Source: the human T2T-CHM13v2.0 reference genome, Homo sapiens. From it: a stretch of 64,000 bases of DNA. The notes under the pieces are model-generated. The model had not been told where the DNA came from and did not search any database. It saw only the letters and a program-made list of their open reading frames with translations. Each line of letters starts with the position of its first letter. The stretch's first letter is position 1. This document shows positions 31,726 through 47,715 of this stretch, in pieces. Both the position numbers and the translations under genes were made by a program. The stretch lies in the NCBI RefSeq assembly GCF_009914755.1, contig NC_060941.1; one strand, given 5' to 3'.

Positions 31726-33909
31726 TTAATAAAGCCCATAATATGATTTGTTTGAAAAACATTCTATAAGATTACAGTTTTTTGCTCTTCAGAATTTTTT
31801 TTTTAACTCTGTATTGAATCTGCTTATTTTTTGATGAACTAACCCCTTTCTGTTTTGTCCGAAAAACGTCACGGGAACAACAACAAAACCCTCACCTCTG
31901 TTACGAAGAAAGGGGCTTACTCTGCCCCGCAATCCCATGCAATTCCGTGGTTGGTTGGAAGCATTTTTCCACATGCTTCCGAGGTTCATAGGGGAATTAT
32001 TTTGATCCAGAAATTATCTCACTAAGTTGGAAACCAGTGGATTTCACACTGAGTAAGACTTCAGCACAGAGAATCCACATGCTGATTTTGATATTCATTA
32101 ATCATCTGGCTAATTTGTTTTAACATAGGAGTGCTGACAGCAAACGAATGTTATCCCAGCAATGGTGACTGCAGAATTGAGACTATTATGGCATTAACGT
32201 TTACGAAGCTGGCGGGTCTGTGTTCATATATGGTCAGTGTCGTCTTTCACTCTAATTGCAAATATATCTATATTTAATTCACATCTGCTATAATCATTGG
32301 GTGGGCTAGATAGGGCCAGTGGGATAAATAGATTACAACTTTTTTTCTTATTGTGATTATTAGGCCAACAGATATATTGAAATCCTGGGGTTTACGAATC
32401 TGTCTAATAAGTATATGGATTTTATGTTAATATTTTTCAGTTAAAAATGAAAGTAAATTTTCCTGTGCAATATACCATGTATTTATGGCATGAATTTTAC
32501 GTGTCTTGCATTACATGGTAGTGAAATTCACCCAAATGAGGAAAAGCTTTGTCTACATAAAGTTGAAGTACATAAACACATTTATGGATTACTGTCTTAG
32601 ATTTCTAAAGTATTACAGGTTTAGAAACCTGTAATAGTCTGCACATAGATTACAGATATAGGCATTTTAACTTTTCAAAATAGCTTTCTCTTTTTATATT
32701 ACTCACACTTCATCTCTGAGATTTGTTTTCTTCATGTTATTAAAATGATGCTTAAACAGATTAAATAATGTATCTAAAGCCTTTTAACTTGTTAGCAGTT
32801 GAATGGGACTCTAATTAATGTCCACTGATTCCCAGATTCAGAAACTATTCATTAACCAACATGATGTCTGTTTTAGGCACACTATGGCTTATGAGTTTTG
32901 ATAAAATTCAAAGCTAAACCTGGGATCCGTAACTCAGAGAGAAAAGCTCCTTTTCTTCCTTCAAATAAGTAACATGCATATTCGCTTGTTGGTGTCTTCT
33001 CAAAATAAATATTCCCAGGAAAGAAGATAGTCCATTTTTCCTGAATTGTAACTTTCTAAGGTTCTTATCAGGAAGTATTTAACGTTTTTAAAATTCAGTT
33101 TATTCACTGAGAGAAATATAGTAAATTTCTTTCATTGATTAAGAGACGTAGAATGCAAGAAAAAAAATAAGCTGTTTGAAAGGACTCCTGCTAACTGCAC
33201 CAAACTACAACTATTACCCAGTAAGATAATAGAGGAAATAAATGGTTCTTTCCCTGAAGTGTTTACATTGTTATCTACAGTCTCTTAAACAGTAGCAGAG
33301 CTGTGGTTCTCTTGATTTGCTCACTCATTCTGTTATTAGAGAAATTCTTAACTTCTTCCATGGGGAACTATTTTTCTGTCTTCACTCTTTTCCTAGGGCC
33401 CGTTCCCAGTTCATCAGGACACTGTCAGAATGTGGAAAGTGTGTGTATGCTTCTTTCTTCCCATATGTGGTGTGGTTGCACAGTTATCTCCCACACCTAA
33501 TGAGCGCACAGATTTTATGCAGGACAAAAGGTGATTACACATTTCCAGTCAATTTGCTTCTGCAATGCTGGCCATACAGATGTTGGAATGAAGCATGTGT
33601 TTATAAAGCTAAAGATATGTGCAGTATAGACAGCGGAAAATTTTTTCACAGTCGACAAAATATAGCATTACTTACTGTGTAGAGTGAAATCCATTGATAA
33701 AACAGTGAGTTTTGAAAAAAATAATATTAGCTCTCTTAGATATGAGTTGTAACTCTAGATGATAAATTAACTCCTTATAAATTAACTAATTTTTAAGGAG
33801 ACTTCATTAAATTAAGCATTTAATTGAGGAAATATTGCCACATCGGAACATTAAGCTAGCTCTTTTAAGGTCAGGGGAAAGCAAGACTATTATGCCTAAA
33901 AAAATACTA

Positions 33910-34222
<313 letters not shown>

Positions 34223-34310
34223 AATACTAATGGACTTCAGCCACAAAGTTGCTTAAGGTATGTTATTTCAGAACCCACTACAAACATTAGTCCCCAGTAT
34301 CTAGGTTTAT

Positions 34311-34548
34311 ACCAAACTTGTCCAACTCATAGCCCATGGGCTGCATGTGACCCAGGACAGCTTTGAATGTGACACAACACAAATCCGTAAACTTTCTTAA
34401 AACATTATGAGATTCTTTTGTGACTCTTTTTTTTTTTTTTTTTTTTTTAGCTCATCGGCTATTGCTAGTGTTAGTGTATTTTATGTGTGGCCCAAAACAA
34501 TACTCCTTCTAACGTGGCCCAGGGAAGCCAAAAGACGAGACACCACTG
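34311..34548. mobile_element. MER30 hAT element
   Basis: cccaggacagctttgaatg...cccagggaagccaaaaga...gacacc. Confidence 0.85.
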
Positions 34549-35413
34549 GTTTTTACAAATATCTTCTTATTTCAATTTGGTGTTTTAAACCAAAATTCAG
34601 CTCCTTATAGCTTACTTATTTTGTATTATTATTGTTCTTTAACCATTTAACGACTATAAATGTAACACATTTTTAATGGGCTGTAAAAAAAAGTTAAGAG
34701 TTTTCTTATAGATGATTACAAAATAAAAACAAAAACAAAATGCATAACATTATTTGAGTTTATGTCAGTTTAAGGTACTACCATCTTCTAACAGACTGAA
34801 ACGGCTCCTGTGTTACAAAGTTATAAGGGTTATTTGGATATGATACTTTTTGGTTGTTGTTTAGCAATATTTAAGTTTTACTTTTCCTGTTATATGAGAT
34901 AGAGCATGCACCATATAATTTGATAATAATTGTTAGAGAAAATAATTATTTTAAATTATATTTTAGAGGCTGCAATTAACATCTTATCTGGGAATTTGAG
35001 TATTATTATTTAATTTACTATGTAAACATGTAATTCAGTACATTTATACAATTTGTTTAAGTAAATTACTTTTAAGAAAATACATAGAATACGTGCTTTT
35101 GTCTGAAACCAGACAAGGATATCCTCAGGGCAATTTTCAGTGTACTTATTTACTTTTTTCCATCTAGAACCCTAACAAGGAAGCTATCCTAGAGCACTCT
35201 TCCTTCAAAATTAATCATAAATCAAGGACAAACGACAGGTCTCTATTTTAGTGTGTGAAGAAAAGCTTATTTGAAAATAATTCTGTAGTGATGTTATTTG
35301 GCTTGAGGGGCAAGACAGAACCAAGGTGAGAAGGGGTTTTGGAAAACAAAATTTTTTGTTTTGTGTTTGTTTTGTTTTGAGTTTTGTTGTTGTCGTTGTT
35401 GTTTATCCATTTA

Positions 35414-35715
<302 letters not shown>

Positions 35716-35800
35716 AAAATTTTTATACAATTTACTTTGATCATTTTATTACTCTTAATTTTACTAAATATAATCATAATATCAGAACTAACATTTAGCA

Positions 35801-36095
35801 TTATTATTATTATTTAAGACAGTGTCTTACTCTGTTGGCCAGGCTGGAGTGCAGTGGGGCAATCATAGTTCACTGTAACCTTAAACTCCTGGGCTCATCC
35901 TCTTCCCATCTCAGCCTCCCGAGTAGCTAGGACTATAAGCATGCAGCATTGCACCTGGCTAATATTTTAATTTTTTGTAGAGCTGGGGTCTTGCTATGTT
36001 GTCCAGGCTGGTCTCAATCACTCGGCCTGAAGCAATTCTCCCACCTTGACCTCCCAAAGTGCTGGAATTACAAGCATAAGCCATAGCACCTGACC
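35801..36095 (-). mobile_element. AluJ
   Basis: TSD tagcattattatta. Confidence 0.9.
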
Positions 36096-36867
36096 TAGCA
36101 TTATTATTAATCAAAACATATACATTGATGTAATGATGGCTTTTAAAAATTATTGCTAATCTTTAAGACAAAAATGCTGAATTTTCACTCCTGATGAATC
36201 ACAATGAACTTCCTGTTGGTTCTTTAAGTCCTATAATCATATGTGGAAAAAAAGTTAATCACTAATACAAATAACTGATAATTGTTTAGTTTTTCTTAAA
36301 AACCATCAATCATGTAGTCCCAAGTTAGCATAAGAGAAAGCCAAAACAAACCAACAAAAAATAACTCGAATGACCTATCGTGGTTCCAAATAATACCTAG
36401 CCTAACAAGGACTTTTCTGGAAAATCAGAGCCTCTGTGTCTATAAACTCATAAGTCAGTCCTCAAAATTCCTACAATACTTTTGGTTTAATTTTTCAGGA
36501 AGAGAGCCAGGGAAGAATACGCTATCCAAGGTTTTGAATACCTAGTAAAATCATGACTTGCCTTTCTAATTGTTTTTTCTAAGATAATTGGTTATGTAGA
36601 CATAAAGGACTTCTTTGATAACTTAAATTTATTTTGTTTGCATTTCCCAAAAAAGTAAGGCCAAAATAAGTGGAATAAAACTGACCTCAAATGATACTCA
36701 AAGTCAATATTTGACTGTATTTGACAGCACTTAATAAGCTCTAACACATTTATAATCAGGTTAATCAAGTTAAGTGTTTAAACAAGTCTCATCCAAGAGT
36801 GATAACTCCAATGAAATAAATAAAGGAGAAATAAGAGATATTTCTTGTAATTTATTTCTAGCTGGAC

Positions 36868-36869
<2 letters not shown>

Positions 36870-36897
<28 letters not shown>
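36870..36897. repeat. (GA)n microsatellite
   Basis: About 14 GA units. Confidence 0.95.
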
Positions 36898-36900
<3 letters not shown>

Positions 36901-39477
36901 GGAGAAATCTCCCATGAGAAATGAGAACACAGTCTCCTGATATTTCTAACCTGATTTCCAGGCCAGAGAAATTCTGATGGATATCCAAACTCTGAATGGC
37001 TATGCAAATCAAACTTATGAACCTATGGAGAGCCATTCTTCATTAAGCTTGACTTCAGTGGGGAATAAGCAGTAAGAACAGATGGGCTACTAAGGCAAAA
37101 GGTCTCCATGCAAATCATATCAAGAAAGACCAAAACCAAGGAAAGGATAGCCATCGTAGATCCATGATTGTTTCAGTCTGCCAAAATAAAAGGCTTTTCA
37201 ATGGTTTATCACAGATGACAGCTGATTTCTAAAGAAGTAGCCGGATTTTTTTTTCTATATCTCTGCACACAAAGTGAACACAGTTCATAGGTAAAGAACA
37301 AAGCACACTTGCTTGTAGCAATGATACAAACTTAAGGGGTCCATTTAGAGAATTCTTATTTTGAATGTGATTAATTGCATGGAACCAGAATAGAATTAAG
37401 GAAATTAAAATTCAGACTCACTTAGGGGAAAGGTCAAAATGAGAACCAGAGAAAGGGCATCCAAAGAACACATGTGTAGAATTCTGGGTGATAAAAAGTT
37501 GAGGCCTGTCGGCAAGCATAGGCTACCAGCTGTGTTGTGGAGTTTATGAATCACGAAGTGAATTCAGCAGAAGCTTCCCTCTATGAATAGTTTATGGGAG
37601 GCATAATAAGAACAGGCAAATCTCCTTACATTTCCACCAAGTGTTTTCCATAGCAAGCATTGTAAGACATGCCAATTCAACAGAAAATCGTATCATAAAA
37701 TTAGAAATAAAATGTAAAATAAAATCACCAAAGAGAGATTTCCCTTGTAGTGTAAGTGAATTAAAACCTAAAGTCTTCCATTTTCCAAAGTTGAATTGGT
37801 TGGATCCCAAAGAACTTAAAATATTCATTTATTGATTGTAAAATTAGTTCAACAAACACTCTTTTGTCTCTGCATTCTTTTCTTCTGCGTTTCACAAATC
37901 AGTCATTTGACGGAAGACGCCTTGTTCTGTACTCTACACCAAGGAGAGAAAAATAATTTTACACACTTTCCCCTATAGCAGTCAAAATGAAAGGGAAAAA
38001 TAATAAATCTAGAAACAGTATTGGTGGCTTCTTTTTCCACGTTATTTATTCTTTTTCTTCCCCACGTTCTCCCTTCTTCCCAATCTATTCTCTTCCCTTT
38101 CTCTTTTCTCTCTTACCGTCTTTGTTACTCTCTTCTCTCCTTTCTCCTCTTCCCTCTCTCTGTTTCTATTTCTTTCCATTTTTCCTCCTTTTTAAAAGAA
38201 AAGTTATGTTTCTAATGACCACAAAAATCACATTGCAGACCTGAACCCTGGAGTCCTGTCTCTCTCTTTAGGTTCTTTGCCACGAATAAATGATTTTATT
38301 ACAACAGAAAAAAAATAAGGGAAGTGACATTTTTCTTTCAAATATTGTTGATATGATTACTTGACCTTTAAGATAGGCTAAGGAATAAAAAGGAAGGATT
38401 CTTTCTAAGGGTTTTCTTCTCAAGGCCCTAACACCAAGTGTAGCTGATTGTTCACAGCATTATGAAATTCTAAACCCATTCCATGAACCTTTACTTAGAA
38501 GCAGACTTGGCCGAAAACTTTCCTTCCTCCCTCCTCCCTTTTTCCTCTCTGGCTTTTGGTTGTTTTCCCTTCATCTGTTGTATGACATCCAAGATTTCAC
38601 ATGGAAACACCCCATGGCTTGTTTTTCATTGCAGGTTAAAATCAACTTTAATTTTGTTATTTTTCCCCCTAAGATGTCGCCCATCCCATTAACATGATTA
38701 GGCTTTTCTTTTGAATCATTACCTGAGGTAAAAATCTTATTGGCACGTTGGCCCCTGAAAAATGAGGCCAAAGGTGAGGAGTTGTGCCCGCCAGGCTGAT
38801 ACATGGCAAGCCGTCAGGGCCGAGGCTCGATTTCACACCATGATTTAAGATACCATGTGCTCAGCTCAGCTCTGATGATAAAGCATCCGTGGTTGTTAAG
38901 AATTAGAAAATAGAACTGTGTTTCCTCAATAGAGAGGAACTAACCAACATCAAATATCACATTTATGTGCATTAACAGCCATATATTGAATGACAAAATG
39001 TAACAAAGGTTCCTGCTAGAGAGACGTCGACTGCTTGGGTTAGCTGACTTCAAAGTTTTGTGCTGCCTTTTGTTCATTATTGGAAGCTCTGGTATTGCCA
39101 ACAGGAGCTACAAAACCATCCATTTAACGGTATAAACTAAATTATGTTTCACAAACTGGGTTTCCATTGTGGTAATATGATGCATACAAACATGGTTAAG
39201 TAGAAGACATAGGAAGAGATGCAAATAGCAGCTTCCCATGCTTTCTTAGCAAAAAAAAGAGCACTGTACACTCAATGGTATATTATGCCTGAAACCAATC
39301 AGTGATTAAAAAGGTTGTTTTTTAACCAGACTGGAGTAAATATTTAGCCTACAAAAAATTATGTAAAAAAATTATGCAACACTAGTGAGGATTAAAAGAG
39401 CGAATAGAGACTAAATTACATAGAAAACATTTATTTTTACTTTTCCACTCTGTATAAAACTCCATCAGACAGGGTCA

Positions 39478-39801
<324 letters not shown>

Positions 39802-40814
39802 CTAGATATTAAGGCTTGAATTCTCAATGTTTCCATAAGAGAAAATTAATGTAAGTGCTATTAATAGTAGGAGTATCAGGGATTTGGAAGCAGAATTGAC
39901 TTCAAGGACCATATCAGGGTTATTTCTATTCTTGGCCTTTTCAGTATGTAATGAAATTGAGTTTGATCCTTTTTCTCTGTACTAAAACACCTGATGTCGC
40001 TTGGACATTAAAGGACTTCTCCATGGATTAAGAATAAAAAAAGAATCTAATTTTTAGTCTGTTGTCTCTATGAATATATGAAGAGAAATAGAATCGTCTT
40101 TCCAGAAGCAGCTTCCTGTAGTCACAGACTCACTACCCCAGTGAAGACAGGTTCTTACCCCAGTACAGTTGAGAAGGTATATTGTCTTTCAGTGATGCCT
40201 GTATCTCAATATTAGAAATATTAATGCAATATTAATAACAAAAATGTAAATGCCTGTAATAATCATTTTATGCCATCAGAAGTTCTATGTTGGGAATCTA
40301 GAGCAAGCTGTTTTTATCACAATAATATTTGTTGTTAGAATAAATGACAAACTGTCTGGTTTCTAAGTGTAATAAAAATGAGGTCTTAAGCATAGAACTT
40401 CCTGAGTTCTATTTGGTTGGCTTCAAATTTGATTGGAATCCCTTTCTTTTATTTATGTAATACTCTTAGAACTCCCAGAAGAGTGTTGAACAGGCAGTAA
40501 GAGAATATTTGCCATGTAAAATTTGCCAAACAGACTTTGGTCGTATCACTGATATTTGGTGCCAACAACCATGAGCTGGGACTGTGAGCTAGGACTATCC
40601 TTAGTTTTCACTGTGCACTAACTAAACTGTAAGTATTTTGGGTTTCTTGGAAATGTATGTTCAGAGAAACCTCCACCCACAGGCCAAGAACGGAGGTGAG
40701 GGATTGCTGGCTTCCGCAGTGAACAATTTCTGCCTCAGCAGCTTAAACGTGTTTTTCTTTAAACAAGCTCTCTGATTTAATATCATGTTGACACGTTGCC
40801 ATTGCATACATTTT

Positions 40815-41280
40815 ACAAAACAACTTTATCCCAAATGCCCACCCGCTGATGAATGGCTAAGCATAATAGGTATTATGATAAAATACTATTTGTTAATTTA
40901 AAAAGGAATGAAATACCTTTTTACTTCATTCGTTTACTTCATACATGGAACAACATAGATAACCCTTAAAATCATTATGCAAAGTGAAAGAAGCTAGACA
41001 CAAAAGTGTACTTAGCGCAGGATTCCATTTCCATGAAATATTCAGAAAATGTGAATCTACAGAGACAGTAAGTTAGTGCTTGCCTGGGAAGGGCAGTGGA
41101 AAGAAGTGGGTGCAAAGGGACACGAGGGATCTCATGGGGATGATGGACATGTTACAGTTAGCCTGCAGTGATGCTTGCAGAATTTTATAGATTTACTAAA
41201 ATCACTGAATTGGAAACTTAAAATTTCTAAACTTTATGGTGTATAAAATATGCCTTAATAAAGCTGTTCAACAACAGCAA
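40815..41280 (+). mobile_element. L1MB/ME 3' end
   Basis: cccaaatgccc...gatgaatgg...aataaagctgtt. Confidence 0.75.
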
Positions 41281-42645
41281 TGAAAATCTCACATTTGTTC
41301 TTTTTTTTTTTTTTTTCAGTTTTAACACCAATGAGAGAAAACACTACCTTGTTTAGCATCATTGTCCTAAATATTTTTGTAGTAGCAAAACAGGATAACT
41401 TGTAAAAGGCATATCATAAGGAAAGCACTAGTCATTAGAGGCATATATGTGATATCAGATTTGTTGAACTGTTGCTTATGGAGTATCCTCACACAACCAT
41501 GTGACTCTCAGCTTGATAGTATTGGAGCAAATGACGAGTGGAGAACGCAGGTTCACAAAGCTTCAAGCATCCATTTTGGGACTTAAATTATCTTCATTCC
41601 TGCTTATATTTAACTAATTGTCTAAAATGTTGACCCAACACAAAACCATAAGGGAGAATCATGGATGATTATTTATTTATTTGTGTTTGCCATGCCCTCT
41701 CTGAACCATCAGATGTTTTACAGATTAAGAAGACTGGAGGGGAAAGTTCTGCACAAGGGAAAACAAAACTAAGGCTAAGTTTTCTTTCTGTCATTACTTT
41801 CCTCCCTCTCCTTTCCTGCTCCTTTTTTGCCCCAGCCCCTTATTGCGACTTTGACAAATGACAATGCAAGAAGAGAATTTATGTTGGGTCTTGGAGATTA
41901 GCACATTATCACAAGCAAAACAGAGCCCTCAGCCTCCGCCACTGGGGAGCAATTGAAAGAGTCTTTGAATGTGATGCATGGGTCAAGACCTATTTCTGAC
42001 GAAGTGGGGATGCTGTTATGCCAGGATAAGTCTGTATGAAAACCCTTGGAGAGCCAGGTGAAGACACTGAGCATTGGATGAGGAGTATTTAGCCAAAAAG
42101 CTCGTTCTGGAAGGGAAAGAGGAACCGGGTAGCTCCCTGAAGACCTCTGTGTTGAATGATTTAAGGCTACCTATAGGAAATGCCTTCTGCTTTATTGCTT
42201 TTTAGTCTCCCTTCTTTCTGGGGGGGCGGAAAAAGAAGCACAACACAGATCTTTCCTTCCTTTGACTCACATTAGTATTCCGCAGAATGTTTGAGTAAAA
42301 CCTCCATCTCACTACCTTTCCTGCAAGGCTCTTCTACAATAACAAGACAGTCTTCAGGTGGGGGTCCCAGATTAGACTACTCTGGGCGATCAAGGATTTC
42401 AATTTTTGAAAAATGTTTGATTATATGCACTTAAAAAAACTTGCATGCTCAGTTTACAACTTTGGGCTCTAATATCTGAGAATATTAGTCACAAAACAAT
42501 TTCAGGAACAAAACAAATACAGTTTTGGGGGCTGAAATACACTTGGGGTCCACACAATATTAACCCATTCCTTAATTCATCAGAACACTGGACAAAATAA
42601 TTCTGAGAATATATTCAAAAGCTGACTTGTTTCTGAAAGTCATGA

Positions 42646-42956
<311 letters not shown>

Positions 42957-43134
42957 CAAATATGATTTTTCTAGATATTAGACATTTAGTTGGTTACTTG
43001 ATGTTCACAACATATCACAAATAAAAAATAAGTGAGTCAGGAAAAACACTGAATGGCAGATAATGAGACAGCATTCATAACATGCCTTCTTAGAGAGAGT
43101 GTATTGGTGTCTCAGAGATTTACTTTAACAGACG

Positions 43135-43285
43135 AAGGTATCTCAACCTAAGAACCGCTGACATTTGGGGTCCAATCATTCTTTGCCATTAGAAATGTCC
43201 TGTGCATGATAAATCTTTAGCAACAGATAACAGTAGCGCCCACCAAGCTATGGAAACCAAAAGTGGCTTTAGACATTGTCAAGTG
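43135..43285. mobile_element. MER20 fragment
   Basis: tctcaacct...tgacatttggg...tgtcctgtgcat...agacattgtcaa. Confidence 0.65.
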
Positions 43286-43736
43286 AATAATATGCTAATG
43301 GCTTGCATTTATTCTTATTTCCAAAAACAGAAAATAAAAGCATGAGCCCTGAAGAAGTCAGAAGCAAACTATCTCTGATTTGCTTTCCTGACTGTTTAAC
43401 ATTGAGCAAATACTTAACCAAATCATTTTACTTTTTTTCTATATAAAATGTGGAAAATGATAGAATCTAGTCTATAAGATTGTGAGAATTAAATGAGGCC
43501 ATCCATATAAATCACTTAGAAAAGAGCTTATCTTTTGGTAATTGTAGCAAGCATGTGTTGCATGCTTACTAACACATACCTTGCCCCGTGCTAAGAGTCA
43601 GGGATATGCTATTGGCCAAGATGGAATCAACTTTATATGGTTAGATGTTTTTTTATGGAAAGAGCACACTGGTGGCAGGACTATTAACAACTGAGGTGGG
43701 TGAGGTTGGAGACTGAGAGCCCTATTAGAAGATGAT

Positions 43737-44024
43737 TTTGGAGGCCAAGGAGGGTGGATTACTTGAGGTCAGAAGTTCGAGGCCAGCCTGGCCAACATGG
43801 TAAAACCCTGTCTCTACTAAAAATACAAACATTAGCCAGGTATGGTGGCACTTGCCTGTAAATCCCAGCTACTTGGGATGCCTTGGCAGGAGAATGGCTT
43901 AAACCCGGGAGTAGAAAGTTGCAGTGAGCCAAGGTTGCACCACTGAGCTCCAGCCGGGGTGACAGAATGAGACTGTCTCAAAAAAAAAAAAAAAAAAAAA
44001 AAAAAGAAAGAAAGAAAAGAAAAA
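43737..44024 (+). mobile_element. AluS, 5'-truncated
   Basis: TSD aagatgatttt. Confidence 0.9.
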
Positions 44025-45649
44025 GATGATTTTAATACTACACGTGAAAAATAATGAAGCCTGATCTAAAGCAATAGAAGTGAAATGGAGAAGGAAAAGT
44101 GTGACAGCTACTGCCATTTGATATGGCAGATAATTTAGAATGAAAAATCTAGAAAGAATGATCAGATTTCTATTTTCTTGCTCTGAGGGCCTAGAACATG
44201 CTGTGATTTATTTAACGAACACTGAAGTAGCCCTTATTGTATGGGAAGAACTATGGCAAGCAATTTACAAATATTAACTCAGTTTATCACAATAACACTT
44301 CCTATGAAATAGGTATCGCCATTATATCCCTAAAGCACATAAGAAAATGGAGGCATGTGGAAATAATATCACTTGTCCAACATTAACATTACTAGCAAAT
44401 GGCCAATCCTGGATTCAAATCCAGTCAGTGAGGCTCCAAACTTTATGACCTCACTACTAATATTCCCTGGGCACATAAGAAAAGAGCAGCTTTATGGGAA
44501 ATAGAATATATTTTCTTGAACATTTATTTACCTTTAGTTTTCTGTGGAACATTATTTTTCTCAACAAGTTCAAAATGTTAGTACATTTTAAGAAAATATG
44601 AGGCAAACATTTATATAAAATTTAGAGTTCATTTAAAAAAATTCAGAAGACATTCTAGAAAGTATTCATGTAAAATGAAATCAAGAAATGTAACAGACCG
44701 CATGAAAATGTTTTTAATCCCGTCGTAATAGTTACAACCCAGAATCACAATAATAATTCTATGATTTGTTTGTCTCTAAAGAAAGCCAAACTCCATCTAA
44801 TAGACTTGGCAGGAGAGCAAAGTATGTCGACGTATTTTTTAATTTTGTAGATTCTTTTTGGTCTCCTTGCTAGGCAGAAATTGCTATAGTTGTTAATTTC
44901 AGCCATTTTCTTACCACCACCCGACACACACAAATGCACACACTCACACCTATTCACACACACACTCCTTCTCTTATATATATTGATGTCTGCATTTATG
45001 TCTGCACCTATGTCTATGTCTATAGCATATACATCAGCATCTGTGTCTAAACTCTGACCCTGTCAACTGTCAGACGCCAGGATTTTCTAGTTGCAGAATC
45101 ACTTTCTTTGTAATCAGAGCATCTCCACCCTATATTAAACTTCTTCAGTGTTCTTCTTTCCTCAGATTTAACTAATCTGATAAAAGCATTCATGCTAGGA
45201 CATCAGTGGAACTCTTCTGTTATCATTTGATATGATACTTGAAGACAAAAGGATGGTAGAAAAGAAGTAGAAACTTGGAGAACTTTGGCAGGACAATGAA
45301 GGATGTATTTTGTGTAGAAGTACCTTAAAGCCTACATTTGCTGTAAAGATAACTCTTCACAGAGATATTTTATCCAGAACCATGATTCACTAATATTCCA
45401 AGATTAATAACTTAATTTCAAAAACATAGAAAAGATAAAACTATCCTAGATAGCACTTTCAAACTTTACTTTGATTATAGGTGTCAGTTGGTAAAAGTAT
45501 TGGTAGAGTCTGTGAATACATAGGTTTGGTAAAGGCTTAATGACTTGATAAAAGTATAGGTCATTTTTGTAAGGTCATGAGTGGTTGATTAAAGCAGGAC
45601 ACATTACTGGCAGCTGTTTAAGTCTGACAACACAAATTAAAACACTACT

Positions 45650-46027
45650 TGGTATGGTTTGGCTCTGTGTCCCCACCCAAATCCCACCTCAAATTGTAGC
45701 CTCCATAATCCCCATGTGTCAAGGGTGGGACCAGGTGGAGGTAATGGGATCAGGGGGTTAGTTTCACCCATGCTGTTCTCATGATAATGAGTGAGTCTCA
45801 TGAGACCTGATGGTTTTATAAGCGTCTGGCATTTCCGCTGCTTGTACTCACTTTGTCCTGCCACCCTGTAAAGAAGGTGCCTGCTTCTCCTTTGCCTTCT
45901 GCCATGATTGTAAGTTTCCTGAGGTCTCCTCAGCCCTGCAGAACCCTGAGTCAACTAAATCTCTTTCCTTTAAAAATTATCCAGTCTTGGGTATTTCTTC
46001 ATAGCAATGTGAGAAGAAACTAATACG
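45650..46027 (+). mobile_element. THE1 (MaLR) solo LTR
   Basis: tggtatggtttggctctgtgtccccaccc...ctaatac; TSD ctact. Confidence 0.9.
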
Positions 46028-47182
46028 CTACTATAGAAAAAGAAACATAGATCCTTTTCAAACCTGATATTATGAATTTGCTAATAATATCACCTCTGTA
46101 ATGTAATTATCTGCTTATCTTCCCTTATATTTTAAACTCTGTCTTTGCTTTTCTTTTTCTCTATGTGTGATTCTGAAGAGGCACAATGCAAATGATTGTA
46201 TTGATATTAATATGTGTGAGTAGTGGTGTATACACAGGTAGATAATTGACTGTCTATGTTATTTTTGCTTTAATTAATGTAAATTAGTAAAGTTTATTTT
46301 GAAAATGTTCTCTCTATTGGAAGATTTTAAAAAACAATAACTTACACCAAAACAATTGTCCTTTGTGAAGGTTGAACTCATTCAGGAGATAACTGACTCG
46401 TCATCTAACATCTCATAAGCTCTGAATAAAAAGTAAATCAGTATTTTAAGAAAGTGCATTTGTGATTTTGGACTTGTTGTATTAAGGTGAAATATAATGT
46501 GGTTTGTCATCAATCTCTCTGTGTGGCATAAAAGGGCTGACTTGTTGAAATTTCATAGGTTTTTATTTACAGAGAAAACAAGACCCTGTTCTGCCCAGAG
46601 TCCTATCAGTCCACACATTCAAAGGAATCACATTTGAAAAGAGACTGCTTAAATCACAACCTTTATGGATAATCTAATCCATAAGGAGACCAAAATTACT
46701 TTGCTCCTTTGAATAAGAACAAAACCTAAAGAATTTAATTATTTGCGAATTATTCATGAAGATTTTGATCCTGGCTCAAGGCTAGGTTGGAAAAGACAGA
46801 CAATCACAGATTGTTGCCAATCAGTGTTTCGTGGAAGAAAAAATATGGAATATTTCAGCCTCAGGATAACACCCCATATTTCCAGGTTGTTTTTTTTAAA
46901 AAAAGAGGTGTTGCTAGAGACAAGTGAACCTTGGGTGGAAACAGAAATGAAAGCAGACCCTCTGAGAAAGAAATGGGATATGGACTGTTGCTGGGAAGAA
47001 ATTATTGCAACGACGTGTGTTGTTTAGTTATAATGCTCAGATTATAAGTTACATTTTGTGAGAAACATATGGCCACATGCTAACCATCCATATGCCAAAG
47101 TTAATAAAATCGAATCCCACTGATGTACCTTGTAATACTGACCTTACTTAGTGGTTGGAAAGTCCATAAATGTAGAAGTGTA

Positions 47183-47183
<1 letters not shown>

Positions 47184-47220
<37 letters not shown>
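47184..47220. repeat. (CA)n microsatellite
   Basis: About 18 CA units. Confidence 0.95.
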
Positions 47221-47222
<2 letters not shown>

Positions 47223-47578
47223 CAATCACCAATTTATCTGGTGAATACAAGTAATTGACATGTACTTACTCCTTGATATGAATGGCTTTTGCCAAAGTAA
47301 TAGAAATGAGAAGAGATCACACCCCAAGATGTGTTAGCTGTGCTCTTTTCATAACTTTAGCAGGCAAGAGAGCGGCAAGGGATTGAGGGGTACTACCTTA
47401 TATGAGATATTTGTGGAAGCCCTTGCTAAGGTGGCAATGTTTCTTCTGAGACATGATTAATGTGAAAGGGTCAGACAGGTGTGAATTTCAGAGAAGAGGG
47501 CTTCAGAGGAAATAGAAAATGTGAAATCCCCAAGTCTGGAATGTGTTTAGTATATTAGAGGAACAACATAAAGCCAAT

Positions 47579-47715
47579 ATGATTATTTAAAAAGGACAGA
47601 ATAGAACAAGATGATTTAAAAAGGAGATAAAAGAATAAGATGATTTTTAAAAAGAGAGTATAGAAGAAGATGATTTTAGAAAAAGAGAATAGAATAAGAT
47701 GAAGTAAAAAAAGGA
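47579..47715. repeat. ~30-bp purine-rich tandem repeat, about 4.5 copies
   Basis: Unit about atgatttt(a)aaaagagagaatagaataag. Confidence 0.85.

Noticed and set aside
41939-41951. CTCF-like CCACTGGGGAGCA
   Set aside because: Two mismatches at informative core positions
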